Source of the DNA: Takakia lepidozioides
Lineage: Eukaryota; Plantae; Bryophyta
Direction of reading: 5' to 3'
Assembly (NCBI GenBank): GCA_030704615.1
Contig: CM060733.1
Location: 3,534,001-3,598,000, forward strand
Length of the DNA: 64,000 bases
Below are positions 47,061 to 61,344 of the stretch, piece after piece (positions within the stretch are counted from its first letter, which is position 1; every line of letters begins with the position of its first letter). The notes beneath the pieces were generated by a model. It was not told where the DNA came from. It did no database searches and was given only the letters and a program-made list of their open reading frames with translations. A program made the translations under genes and the position numbers.

Positions 47061-49973
47061 ACTACCGTACATAATAACAGAAAAATGTGCAAAAATAGAA
47101 TCTACATTTGTTGAAAAAAAAAGGGCGAACAACATTAAAAATTCTATAAGGTCTATTGTTCAAAGACACAGATAGGAACACTATACCAATCCACACCATC
47201 AGAACGTTCAAAGAGATGATGTGTATGTGGGGAAAAATAGATATGACCTCAACAAAATGGATATTTGTAAGCACGACATGACTCACTTCAAAAGTTTTCT
47301 TGCAGAGCCGTGCACCTATGCGCGAAGGAAGAGTGAAATAGTAAAATATTGTGGGCCCTTGGATTATACACCATCTCAATCACTCATGCCAGCTTGCCAC
47401 CTGTTCAACGCATTGTGGGATAGCAGCCCGTTTGGACATAACAGAGCTGCCGTCCAGCAATGTCGCGAGCCTCCGTTCAACAACAAGTGCGATCACCCAA
47501 TGGGGCCCGCACCCTGTGTGGCCGGGCTATGAGCTGCAGCGACGTTGGTCGTTGAATCCTTCGTTCACCACGCCAATACCAAAGCTCAGCACGCTCCACT
47601 TTAGCATGGCGGAGCAAGTCGCGGACTTAGAGTACACCACACAATACACAGTACACACATTTTTCCTTGAGTAGAGGGTTGGGGGCTGCATATAGGGCCC
47701 ACGCAATGGGAATGGAATTTGACATTAAATTGGCAACACTACAATAGCCATTGGAATTTGGAACCTCCAATTTTCAAATTCCATTGACTATTGCAACTTT
47801 CAACTTAGAAGTTGGCAACTTGGCTGGTCGTATAGATACTTGACATGACTCAAGCGCAAAAAAGCACTTGTACCATCAACCCCTCATTATTAAACTTAGA
47901 CTTTTATTTGCAAGTTTCATTTTTGTCTAGCCCTTCATGATGAAAGGTTCAGATTTTATATGACATTTCTTTTGAAGGGCTCTGATTGTTCTACCCCTTC
48001 ATATGAAGCATTTTTGCAAGTTGAAACTTTGAAGGGCGTTGTAGTCTTCAAAATTAGACACTCCTGAAGACGAGGGCGAGCTACGTAGGGGAGTAGGCGG
48101 GCTCCACGAGCCAACACGACACGTCGGAGTAGCCCACCCCACAACATGACCCCGGCCACCTCCGCCCTTCAGCATCATCAAATGTGATGTAATCAATGCG
48201 ATAAATATAGATTGTCAGTGTTTTTTAGGCTCAGGGTCAATAGCAGGTCGTTGTAGTTTGGGCTTAAACAAGTTCTGGACACATTAAACATGATGATTAA
48301 TGTTTAAGGACGATGACTTTTTCATTATCAACCACAATTGTACATGGATTATGCAAGATAAAACACCATCAATATCTAACCTCAAGTGTGTTTATTCAAG
48401 GTTATAATTTTTTGGCATATACGTTTATTGAATCTTGCATATTTATGAAACTGGCTAGTTATAATCAGTCATCCAATTATGGTTGTCCGACTACCGTAGT
48501 ACCTTGGCAAGTTCAACAATCATCTGTCGAATATTTATTTTATTTTGAGAATTTCATTTCAACCAAAAATACTTTATTATCATTCACAAAGTTATTTAAT
48601 TTACCAAAATCAATTTCCAAAATTTTCAACAATCTTTGAAATATTATAATTTGTGTCGAAATTGCCAAGGTACTACGGTATAGCTGGTCCAATATTCTAA
48701 AAAAAGATACTTGAAAAAAAAAGATAGGTGTAAATAGCATCAATTGCACCAAGATACCTATTTTGATGAGACTGTTTAGGGAGTCTTGTAAAATTGAGTC
48801 AAAATGTTATTTGGACCTACTTTGGGGCTCCTTGATTTTAATTTTTCAGTGATTTTTTTTTTTCAGTGATGGATTCTAATGCTTTTCTCATAAACGTGTT
48901 ATTAACACGATGTAACGTGTGACGAACTAAATAGGTGCTGATTTGGATGAAAATATAAAATGTAACACGTGGTCAACGCACCTAGCATCTTGTACATGGG
49001 TCCCTAGTCCCTACACTTGAAGATAACCACAACTCACTAAGATAGTCAGAGGAAAAGCTAAAGAAAAAACCTTCAAGGGAGGTAATTTGCAAGCACACCC
49101 CTTTTGCCACTACAACTTTTATTGTGGAACCTTAACAAAGATTGAGAGATCGGCATGCGGAGCCTATGCGAGGGCAGATCCGTGTGATTAGATCTTTTGA
49201 AAAAACCGAAATGAAGAGCCCAAAACGCACCTGGTGGTCGTGCGTTTAAGGGTTAATATCAAGGGAGAAAATGTGGTCAAAGGACCTATGTCATTGTTGC
49301 CTCATAGTTTTGGCAAAAGAGCCCCTTTTTGTTTGAGGCTTGTTTTAAAAGGAGACCAGGCATCCGTATCGGAATCGTTAAGCACCTCAGTGTGCCTTGT
49401 GTCACCTCCTCTGCTTTGCTGAAACTTACTTCCATGATATGCCCCCTCCAAGTAAAATAGATGAAAGTAGATTCCACTATTCACAAGGAGGAGCCATAGC
49501 TGCTTGTTTTACAACCATCACTTACATATGCTCATGCTATTTTATCTATGGCATTCCAATGTTTGGAACATACTTTCCATGGTAGCCTCAAATGCACATT
49601 GTACTTTCATGCAAAGTAAAGAATATGCTAACTTTCCAGTTCTTGTGTATCAGTGCTGTGCAACTGCCTTCTTCTGCTGTATTCTTATAAGACCCACCAT
49701 GCCATGAAAAATAAATTCACATTTGTCAAAGTTTTGCCCCAATCCATTCACTGATGATGTCTTGTGTTTGCTGTATTGCAAATCTATTGTTTGTTGAGGG
49801 TTTACCTTTTGTAAGACGGAGTGCATCCCACATCACAGCGATGGCATTCGTTCATCAAACTAGAAAACTTGAAGCTTTGGGGTGAAGCTCGGAGCAGGTG
49901 TTGTAGCTCTGGATTGTGGGCTGCGGATTGACCTGCATTCTGGCAGGTGGTTCTCGCAGTGTGGATTGCTTTC

Positions 49974-52900
49974 ATGCCTGGTGCAATTTTAATGTCTGGA
50001 GCTTTGTGTCTGTGTCCTATGATTGTGTGCAAGAGGTTTCTTTATAGTGTTGGCCGAGTAGAATTGCGAGCACTCTCCACAGCTCGTGAGTGGGTAGGTC
50101 TTCAAACATGGCGCACGCATACTCTTAACAAGCTCCGCGTATGGGGGCCTGATGGTCCTACCTCGGAAAGGATTCCCTTTTTGCGCACCGAGGTGGCATC
50201 TGTACAATTTGGCGTCGACGGAGTGGCATTGGCTCCCTCAAGAAACCTCAATTCCTTTGGGATGAAGCTGTCAAGCCTGGAGAAGGAAGAGGAAATAAAG
50301 TTTTCTGGGAGAGATTTGTCCTCATTAGCAGAGTGGGGAGCGCTCGTGCTTCGTACAGCGGATCCTGTTGAGAAAGCTGTTTTCACCCACCATGCCTTCA
50401 GGCTATGGTCCAATGGAGAGCTGTCACTTGGAGTTGCAGAGGCACCTGACGCTCCAGCAAGGCCATCTAAGCCAGAGTTGGTCAGCATCTTAACTGTCTA
50501 GTGTCCTTACCTTTTTTGAAATTTGAGTTCCATGACTGGATCTGAAGTGTGAATTTGTGGAAATTGAACCGAACTGGAACTTTCTTCAAAGTTCCACTTT
50601 TGGAAATTGTGCACCTTGTATGGCCTCTTAGTACAAATGTGCCTCCTTTGAAAGCCCATAGCAGACAAATGGCTGTGGCCAGCTATGGCGCCTGCAGCAC
50701 ATTGTTGATAGACGTCACAGTTTCACTTGTAATTGCGAAATTAGAGCAGCTTGATTTGTCAAGTCTTGTTTCTTCTTCTGAGCATTCAACATCCTCAATA
50801 CTGTCTAGTACTCAACTCTGGTACTCTGCTTGAATTTGAGTGATGGTCACTTCATGATCACAGTTGAATTTGAATTTGCTGTATAGGGCAGACAAGTGCT
50901 TGCACTCAGACAATAAATGATTCAGGTACATCCAAGAGCAATGCCGCAGCCAAAGGACACAACCCTGACAGCATGTGCTCATGCCCTTCACAATCTGGCA
51001 CACATTGAGTTAAATGCAATTGATCTTGCCTGGGACACTGTGGTTAGATTTTCAAATGCAAGTGAGGAGCTTGATCCACAATTCTTCGTTGACTTTGCAC
51101 ATGTAGCCGACGATGAGAGTCGCCATTGCCTTTGGTGCCTCCAACGGCTCTCTGAACTTGGCTTTAGGTACATGTCCTTCTGCAGCATGATTCCTGATGA
51201 TATGACACAAAAGGAGTTTGAAACTGATCTAAACAAGTCCACTGGTCATATCTGCGTTTCCATGCCTTGTTTTCTTAAATCCGTATCTCTTCTCTAAGTT
51301 TACTAAACATGACACTTACAGTTAACCTTGCCCTTGTGCTTGCTTTTGTTTTGCTCTCTCCCAGAATTGACCCATCTGTCTGTAAGGATGAAGAGTATGC
51401 AATTAGTTTCAGACTAATTTGTGAATTTCCAATATGCGGGGAGGAGGCAGCTACGGGGACATGCCAGCACACAACCTGTTGCTGAGAGATTGCCAAAAAA
51501 CATCAGGGAACGTGATGGCGCGACTTGCAGTCATCCCTATGATGCAGGTGGGTAATTTAAACTTCATTAATTGCCATCTTGATCCTCAAACACCCAGCAA
51601 TGAGTAGAAAATTTGAGGGATCAAGCACACAAACTTTCTGTTGCAGTAGATTTAATAATATTTCTCATCTAAACAAACTATGAACTGTACCTGCAGGTGT
51701 TCACTTAATTATTCAGCAAGCCCAGTATTGCTACTGTAAATCTTACTGGTGGTTAGGAGGCACGAGGGTTGGATGCAGGACCAAGGCTAGTGGAGCGGCT
51801 GAAAAAGTTCGGTGATCATCGCAGTGCCGGAATTGCAAAGCGCATCTCCGAAGAAGAAGTTGCACACGTTGCCGTGGGTGTTTCATGGTTTCTTTCAGTT
51901 TGCCAACAGCTTGGCATGAATCCTGCCGCCCGCTTTCAAGGTATGGGCTTTTGTTTTCTAGTCATTCTATGACACATCATATCATATATGTTCTATGTGC
52001 AAACTTGTGCTCTTCATACCATGTGCATTGGTGTATTAACGATATGAGCAGTTTGTCAAAAAATTCAAGGGGATCTGCATCACAGATTGGTAGCCAGCTT
52101 ACCACTCCTATGTGCCACATCTTTTTCGGGATATAATTACCTCTTAAGTGGTGCATGGTTAGATATGGGCATCAGATTCAATAGACTACTTGTATGCTGG
52201 CTTTGGACGCAGAGTTGATGGTGGAATGTGATGTGGAACTAAGGGGACCTTTTAATCATTCTGCCCGCACTAAGGCTGGACTACCCCGTGACTGGTATTT
52301 CAGCATCTCTGATCTTCCTTGTCATCCTTGATGAAAAAATAGGTTAGACTTAGCAAGTGATTTTAACTCAGCACCACCCTACCCTAGTTTGTATGAGTTT
52401 TAATCTCAGTTCCTAGCAGTTTGTTTTCGATTTTCCTCCTTTTACTGAATGTAGAACATTTGATGTTCCCAGATTGGTGTTAGGTTTCTTAAGCTAGCTC
52501 TGTTTACCATAGAACTGCTTCAGCAAATACATGTGGCTTGTAAACCTCTGAAATACTGCAAACAAGGTATCGAACTCTGCTGCAAAGACATGGTTAGGCC
52601 CTCGTGAGTAGAGTTGCAATCTTTTACTGCAATTATTGAGCCTTTTTGCTGATTATGTCTTCAGACTTCGTGGCGGGGTTATGAATGAATGGGTGGAATG
52701 GGCAGGTATGATTCCTCGTGGAAGGAGTCTTCCACTGGAGGTGTGAAAACTGCTGTTGCAGACATTGGGAAACCCCCTGGAAGAGCTGCACTGAAACAGA
52801 AGTCCAGAGAGCCAGCAATGCAGGTGGCTGTTAACCACAAGATGTTTGAACACCCAGAAACTAACACAAAGGTTGGTTGACCCTATGGTGCGGGTTTGGC

Positions 52901-53439
52901 TGGTTAAGACCTCAAGTCAAACCAGGCCTTCTGTTCTTACTAACTGTTCTCACAGAGTCTCTTATGGTTGCAGGTGCCTAATTCCAGCCGGCATTGTGAA
53001 GGTGGACTATCAGACCTACCAGTCAGCACCAAGGGCTCCATTTCTCAACTACCAGAGGTGAATTCATCAAGGTTTTGAATTTTTCTGCTGTGGCTTGTAT
53101 GGTCCTTGGATCTTCACACTTGTATATAATATGGTAGTTTCTTTTGTTAGTTCATCTTTCTGCTCTCACCCCTGGAATTGGAGCCTGATGTTAGACCTCG
53201 TGTTCCTGAGTGATAGTCTAGACAGGGTTGTTATCAAGGTGAAAAGTTTCACTTTGCCTACTAAGAATCAGCTCCTCAGATACAGAAATGGCATTCTAGA
53301 GCTCCTGTATTGTCGGTCTTCTCTCCCTTCATCACAAAAGAGGTGCTCAAGGTTTCATTCAGAAGCAATGAATATGGTACAGGTATATGAACGGTTGGCT
53401 CTAGTGGTGGCTATGGAGCAAGATAATGCTGATGTATGA
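49974..53439 (+). CDS. DUF455 ferritin-like (di-iron carboxylate) protein, 8 coding exons
   Basis: Exons ~49974-50480 (start ATG uncertain), 50926-51167, 51451-51547, 51757-51940, 52213-52294, 52706-52871, 52974-53057, 53383-53439. Motifs VLRTADPVEK, PARP, LHNLAHIELNAIDLAWD, DESRH, YGDMPAH, EARGLDAGP, EEVAHVAVG, GPFNHSAR..AGLP. Confidence 0.92.
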
Positions 53440-54397
53440 TGCTGGCCCTTTGATCCCCGCACCCCTGCAATAGCAAGGTAAGGAGATATTTAGCTACCAG
53501 TGGTTCTGACTTCCTCCTCTCTGTGGCTTTGGTGTAATGATAACATTCTTTGATGTATGTGTTATTGATAGAGGACCCGTAGACCAGTGTTTTTGGCTAG
53601 TCCACTAACACTAAATACTGCCGCATGACAGGACACTTACTAAACAATGGCAGACAGTACTCATCACAAAAGCTTGGGCAAGTCTACTGGTCATGGGCAA
53701 GACTGGTTGCAATTTCGATTTTGAAGTGCAGAACTGGTTACATTTTTGCATGGAAGCTGAGCTACTGGCAGCTGCCTTTTAAAATCGAATAGGATTGCTC
53801 TGCTGAGTGTTCTTAACACGAGCTTCATGGGTGCAGTTTTCCCCTCTTTTCTGTGGTTATGTTTTCCATGCTTATTAATTCATTTGGGGCCTTATCCTTT
53901 TCCAAATAAAAAAAAGGGTTTGGAAAACAAGACTCATGTAGGGCCTCAATCCAATCTTGTAAAGTTTATCCTTTTCTTTTTTCTTTTTTCTGGAGAAAGG
54001 GGAGGAAGCCCTTTAGAGCTTTATTGAAGATTATTGAAGGGAAAAAAATTAAAACCCTTACAAGCCGGAAGGCTGCCATAAGGTCTGTGCACACGGAAGC
54101 CGCGAAGGATAACCCAGTGAAACGTGAACAAGGAGCAATAAGCATGCCAAGAAGGAGCCAGAGGCTCTTATGAATCCATTTATAAATATCTCTTTCCAGT
54201 TCATTTATCACAATTGTTAAGTGGGATGATCACAACCAATTTATATAAATACACACTGTCCAGTGGTTGGGATTGGGTGTCTGTCCCGCCTGGGTTCAAT
54301 TCAAACTTCAATCCTTGTCCAAATTAGAAACCTCTTGAGTGCTTAGATATTCGGGCTTCCATCCGACGGCCTCTTTAAAAAAACAAAAAACAGAAAT

Positions 54398-54432
<35 letters not shown>

Positions 54433-54440
54433 CACATATA
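54398..54440. repeat. (CA)n(TA)n compound microsatellite
   Basis: Direct reading; a second (AT)n run lies at ~54853-54873. Confidence 0.9.
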
Positions 54441-55951
54441 TTTCAATAGGCTTCCAAATTTTAGATTCGACGATACTACCGAAGATACTCTCGAATCCTA
54501 CCGAAGATACTCTGCCGGCAACTTACCATGTGATTAAGTTGCTTGTTTGTTTTAATGGATTTTATTTTTAAAGAACACGGGACATAGGATTTTCTTAAGT
54601 TTATGAACAGCCTTTGAATTTTTAGTTTAGTTTTTTAATTAGACAAATTTTATCTTGCAGCTGGCAGCTCTCTTGGATAGTGCACTATCTGTTACCAGAA
54701 TGGGTTGGGGCTCAAATCCTGCTGCCTTCATCCTGTCTGTATGCTTCATGGCTTATGTGAAAGGGGGTTAATTTTTCCCTCTCAATTGTGATCCTAGGTT
54801 CCCTTCTTCAGAAAACAGATTAAGGAAAGGGAGGAAACCCTGAAAATTCAGATATATATATATATATATATATCTGTGTGTTTTTTTCTTTTGGTGTGTG
54901 TGTATTTCATATTAGATGAACAAACAAAAAAAGAGAGAAAAAAAACACAAAAAAACAATTTGTTTTGGTAAACTAGCCTGGTTGCGGCTGGTCGGTCTTC
55001 CTTATAACTTAAATTATATACAATTCCGAAAACAACAAGCGGCTAGTCGTGTATGGCTCATCTTTGTGAATAGCGAAATCGAAACCTACTTTCATCCTTA
55101 ATGAACTGGAAAATTCATCCATTTATTTCTCATAATTGTTCAATCCCAGAAATATAACCTGAGAGAGGTATTACCTGGGAAGGCACAAGAGGGGCTTTAG
55201 CGATTATTGACACGGATGCCTAGTCTCCTCCCAATAAACTGCTGGGTAAAGTGACGTGTGCGGTAGGAAGTCCGGTGGTTCAGTTTAAAAATGGAGCCGT
55301 TGGAGCAGCCGCGCGCTGCAGCAGGGTGAAGCTTTTCTGGGCGCTCGTGCGACAGCGAGAGAGAGAAGAAGGAGAGGACGTGCGATAGGACGCTGGGTCC
55401 CACATGTTTGTGTGTCTGGTCGTGAGAGCAGGCAGAGAAGTAAGTAGGCAGAAGTTAAGATGTTCTGCACACAACTTGGGCCTCGCTCTGCATTCCAGAC
55501 ACTCCTGTTTGGCTGTCGCATGTGTTGGATTGGCACAATGGCTTGAAAATGGCAGCCACGCCCTGTGCTCTACCGGTATGGGGTTTTGAACCATCACGGA
55601 GTGGACTAGCTTGTGCATACCCCATCTGAAACGTGGGATTCGGATTGTACCCCTCGTATTTGCATTCGCTGGGTTTCAGAGCCGAATCGTGTCACAGAAA
55701 AAATCGCAGAAAGCCATACAGGGAGATTTTAGTAGAGAGACATAAGGGATACATACACGCTTACGGATGAAGTAGTCGTTGGACAATGATCCCGGGCAAT
55801 ACCCGGGCTTGTCCATTCATGCTCAAGATTTTGAAGGTTGCAATACTTGAAACTTAGTTATTTCGCGCCAGCCGCAATTGGAGAGGTACAGAGAGGGAGG
55901 GAGAAATCTTCCGGGAGAGACAGGTGGGGGTTGCAGCAAGGAAGTGTGACT

Positions 55952-58900
55952 ATGGATTGTGCGTGGGAAGCACAGGACGTGGTGGGCCTAATTCTTCACC
56001 GTCTCTCGGATCCCAAAGACCTCCTGTCTGCAGCCGCCGTTTGCAGGTTTGCCAGTCGTCTCGACTCTCTCGATCATCCTGTCTGTCTCTTCTCACTAGA
56101 CAGCGGTTGGATGCTTAGATTGGTTGAATGGAGAAGCCCCATCCTAACATTCGCTCTATCCCCTACAAGTAGATCTTGACCGAGGTTATATCGGACGCAT
56201 GTGGGGCATATTAGTGGATCGAGTGTATGAGGCATTTCCCTGGATGCGTTGCTGCAAAAATTTATCATGCTGTGTTGAAGTTAACCCTAGTTCGTCCTGG
56301 GGTAGATTTTTCAGATGTTCTCCTGGGCAATTGTGACCTCGGTTGGATCGAGGCACAATGGTATGCCTTCCACCAATGTATGTTGAAGCTTAGCGTGGTG
56401 GAATGTGTGGAGAGATTTGGTGCCACACAACGTTGGTTGTTGCAGAGAACTCCTTTCCCGGCCATATTGATTTGTTGTGGCCCTAGATTGCTGAAACTTT
56501 AACCTGTGTGTTCGACCATCCTTTGCGCTTCCAAACTGAACAATTCTCAGAGGCAATACAAGATAATGTCAGATATTCAAAGTTTCAATTTTTCAGTTTT
56601 GAAGTCTTTTCAAATTTTCAGTTTTGAGTTCATGCCTGTCCACCATGTCTCTGCATAAGAGGGGAAGCTGCAATCAAGCTCCAGTTGCTGTTATTAAGAT
56701 AGTGAATGTCATTAGCACATTAGCACCTGTCTTTGTGATGTGCTTCTGTTCATAACAGAGTGTCATGCAAGGGGCTGATGCTTTGTAAGTAATTCTGCAG
56801 AACATGGAGAGCAGCAGCGAATGATCCATCACAGCTCCGGTCATGGTCATTTGATGATGATCTGTCAGCTTATGTGGGGACAAAGGCTTCAGCAGCCCCC
56901 ATGTTGCCAAAAACTCCGCTCCCCAAGCACTGGGTCAATCCCACTACTCACTCGCCCTTCTCTGCTTTCAAAACGCCAAAAAGCCTTGTCCCTGTGCATG
57001 CCCCCTCGGCCATTCGAGCCTTGTTGTGGCAGGAGGAGGGTCATGTTGGCGAGGGCGACAGCGTGGGAACCGCCAGTGCCACTTTTGAGGAGAGTGGGCC
57101 ATCCCCACGGACCCCCTCTCCTGTGCAGCCATTGGTTACGGGGGGTGCGTTCTTGGACATTGTCATGGCTAAGATGGTAGTTGGCAGGTGAGGGAAATTT
57201 GGGAATTTGATTTGTATCCAATAGTTTCATGTGAAAATTAAATATCTTGTGGGCTTTTTAGCTGATTGATTTCTTCTGTTGAGCACCATACGAAACCCGA
57301 GGCCAACTGTAGAACGGCAAACATTGTCTCCATGACAAGTCCCGGGCTGGTTCTCCAAGGGTTCATACTACAACTAGACTTGTAGTGCCGCAAGGTCCTG
57401 CATGGGGACACTTTCATATCAGGCTATTTACTTAAGCCCTTTCCTTTCCTTGTGAACAAATCTACCATGAAGTAGCCGAGCAGACTTCCAAGACTTCACA
57501 CTAAGCTCATAGTGGTAAGCTCATACGTCACCAGTTCTCTCCTTCCTCCCAAGGAGGGTGCATCAGAAGAAGTCAACTTTGCTATTTTTTTCCCAGTCTG
57601 AGAAATAGCAAAGGAGCTGTGGCATAACCTAGTTACCCGAGAGGTTTGTAGTGGATGATGGCAAACCACAACATTTGTACCAGCTCTTTAATTTGTCTGG
57701 ATTGAAGTTCCTTGAAAGGGTAGAACCTCACTCCTGTTCTTTGGAAGATGAAGATGAGCCTAGGACTTTCATAATAACTAGGAGCTCCAGGCCTTTGCTG
57801 TAGGACAAGGGCTGGTTGTTAGGTCTGTTAACAAAACACCTCTGATTGACAAGTGGTGGGATCTCCTTTGAAATTTGTGTGTTTTGAAGCTTTCTCCTCG
57901 TTATGGTTGCAATTATAGCACAAGGAATCTTCAGGACGAAAATGTTGTGGGTTGGGGATGAGAGGGTAGGTACATAGGAGATGTGGACATTAGCTCCTCA
58001 CGACTCAGCGACAAAACTCTGCAGTAAGTCCTATTTGTCTTGGATTCCCAAAATCTCAACCCTCCCCAGTATTGTGTCATGGTTAATTTTCCTACAGAAG
58101 TAACAGCGAGAGAATGATATCAACTATATTCAATATGCTCTTATCTAGCTTGATAAGAGTTAGTGCTAATATGTGAAACGTACTTCTGCAGGATCATACT
58201 GAAGAGCTGTCCTCGCCTCCATACTTTGCGCTTGCAGCATCTGTGTGTCCCCCGCCTGTACCCTTCCATTGAAATAGGGCTGTCTCCACTGCAAAGTGGA
58301 GAAGTGGGGTGGGAAAAGTATGTGGATTCACCTGTCAAATCTTGCAGTTGTGGGAAGCTGTCTGAGAAGGGTTTTGCAGCTTTGCGTGGGAACTGTCCAG
58401 ACCTCACCTCTGTCACCCTTGTTCTTCAGGTATATGGGGTTTAATCATTATCTTTTTGTGTTGCCCTATGTTCACTTTCCTTTCATCTTATGATTTGGCG
58501 CTGTCTGGACAATTCCAATTAATCACTTGAGTCCTCAATGGTTGTTGACTGACCCATTATATGATCTGTCTTCAACTGTACTCAAAAGCCAGTATTTTGT
58601 GTGTTGTGGGCGTGAATTCTGCCAGCATGTGATCTTCAGGAAAGTTCTACGAATGATTCTCAAAGAGTTGGGTGCACTTCCAAATCTTCACACTCTTGCT
58701 GTGGAGTTACGCATGCCGTGAGTAGCCCCATTTATCCATAGTGTACATTGCATGACCATGTAGAACATCCATTTCCTCATCTACATGAGCCCTATGAATC
58801 ACACTTGCAGGTTCCTGGCCATTTGAGCACTTCCATTTAAAGCTTAACTGTGTGGGTTTTTTGACGCTCTTCCACGACACATTAAAGTTGGAGGAGGTGG

Positions 58901-60375
58901 GACAATAAGTTTGCAGAGAAACTAGTTAAAGGTAATCAAGCTTATGAAATCCTACACTTTTCTGCTGTTGTGATCAACAGATCATTTGGGCAGTCACTGA
59001 AATCAGGCCTTATCTGGCAGGAGCACGCGCACTGCTCCAACAAGGTTCCTGCCGTTTACTCTTTCTGCTTTTGCTTATTTTTGAGAATTTCCTTTCTATT
59101 GACCAATTTTGATCTCTCATGGACCTTGGTTACACAAGATCTGCATTGAGCTCATGTGCTCCAAGTGAAAGTCGCGTGTTTTTGTGGGTATGTGTTCAAT
59201 ATGTTGCAGGAGCTGTATGCATTGATAGAGGCAGGACCCCCTCCTTTACATGCCTTAGCGCTCAATCGATGTGTCCTTTCGGAGCCTGCCATTGCAGCTC
59301 TTGCAGCTGCATGTCCCAACCTAGAGGTTAGTGAATTTTCTTCTCTCACATGAGTGTGAGAAGTCGCTTGCCTCCATGGGTTGCATCTGAGATGATTTGC
59401 TGTATATGGGCAATGCCCACGTCATGTCTGCTTTGAACCCGGTGGTGTATGATTTCGAAGGCTCAAGAAGACAAAACAGAACCCCTGAAACTGGATTTTG
59501 GTGATCAATTTGGGGTTGTGTTTCCACACCTTCGTAGTGAATGCAATCGTCATGACCTGCTGCAGGATAGTCAGTATCCTGCAAAATGATCTGTTGTGGT
59601 CAACATCTACAGGGGGAAAACAGGTTTCAATCCTCTCCAAAACCTTATGTCGTGCAAAGCTGATCTACATGGGTGGGTGTTCAGGCGATTGAGCTGCACT
59701 CTGAAATTGAAAACGTAGGAGAGCAAGGGCTTCCTTCAACCATAGGAGCCCTCTTCCAGGTTCACTGCTCTTCTATTCTGCTTGTGTCCTTTCAATCTTT
59801 GCTTTTCCACACTAACAAGCTTGGTGTAGTGGTTGAGAAATTAATCGTTGATGAAAGAAACCTTGTAACATCCACAGAGTTTATGGAACAAAAGGGTGAC
59901 ACAAAGAACGAAACCACAGGCACAGGCCAGTCCTAAGATATAAAATGAAAGACGCTTTAATGCTGCCTGATGTCGGAGCTCAACTTGTGTACAAAGTGTC
60001 GTCCCTACAGACTGTCAGATGTGGATGGAGCTATGGAAGAAACCTCATTAATGCACATCCTGTATGATCTGAGATCGAGATATGACAAAATCCTGCTTAA
60101 TCGTGCAGGGCTTGACCTCAATATCGGCAGCTGGACTCGGTAACTTTCAGAATCTGGAGGACTGTCGATTTGAGACGTGGGTGATGCCATCCCTGAAGCG
60201 ACTGAGACTGGAGACCAAAGATCCCCTAACTGCGTTGCATCTTCAAAGCCTCAAAGCAGCATGTGTCAAATTAGAGAGCCTTCATCTTATCTGGGGCACT
60301 CACGGTGCAATTCGGGAATCCCATATCTATCCCCTGTCCGAAGAAGCGATTGTAGATCACCTTAAGTCTCTGTAG
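55952..60375 (+). CDS. F-box / LRR (RNI-like) protein
   Basis: Exons 55952-56046, 56801-57187, 57970-58023, 58192-58429, 58626-58717, 58981-59044, 59210-59326, 59685-59759, 60109-60375 (GT-AG, phases compatible). F-box DVVGLILHRLSDPKDLLSAAAVCRTWRAAA; LRRs ILKSCPRLHTLRL, LRGNCPDLTSVTL, LAAACPNLE, MPSLKRLRL. Confidence 0.82.
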
Positions 60376-61344
60376 TCTCTAGGGGAGACATGAGGCGAGA
60401 GTCTGGGTTTTGTTGTACAGAATGTTTGCCAGCTGCATTTTCCATTCTGTTAGTTTTCAAGGCATGTTTGCTGGGCTTGTATGTTCGGATCCCAGCCGTA
60501 TGTGCGCAGTGGTCTATCTTTCCTTCCAAAGATTGACCACTCTTATGTCGCAAATGGGGTGGAGGGAAGCATAAGCTTGTAGCGACCATGCGTTCTGTCC
60601 CTCCCTTCAATAAAAATGTTCATCACTCCTTGCTTGTATGTGAGGCCACCACTCCAAAGACAAGCTGTGGAAAGCTTGTGGTTGAAACCAGCGGTGTACA
60701 TGTGATTCTGGATGGTTGATGGAACAAAATGCATTTCATTCATGCTTTTCACCCACAACATGTCCTCAAGACGAATGGGCATCCACAGATTGGATGAAAT
60801 TTGCTGAGTCAAAACCATTTTTGAAAAACAAACACAACAGCATGAAATTCAATAGGAAGACCACCCAAAAGACAACCTTAACCACACCTATTCATTTGGG
60901 GAGTTTGGAAAGGTCGGAAAACCGGACACGGTGGGAACAGCCAATCGCGTGGGATCGCGGGAGGCTTGGAGAGGAAGGAAGTGGCTCGACTGGATGTAGA
61001 CACCTCTATACCTAGGCTAGCATAGAAGTAGGAGGGCCCTCTTTCCACTTCTAGAGCTTTCAAGAAGCAGGATGAGGCAGTGGGCCCAATCTAGAAGGCT
61101 CCTCCACCGCCTTAAGAGAGTATGTAAGGAATACACATTTTACTAGGTTTCTTTTGCCTCCCTTTGGTGGGCTCTACAGGCAGGGCCTTCTTAGAAAAAT
61201 TTGGAACCAACTATTTTCAAATGGCTATTATGTACGAAAAAGGGAGAGGATTGGAGCAGCCAATGGGGAGGGAGGTACCTATGTTGGAATGGGTGAATTG
61301 TGAGGTCATGTATAGAGGCTAGAGTAGAAATACGAGGTGGGCCC

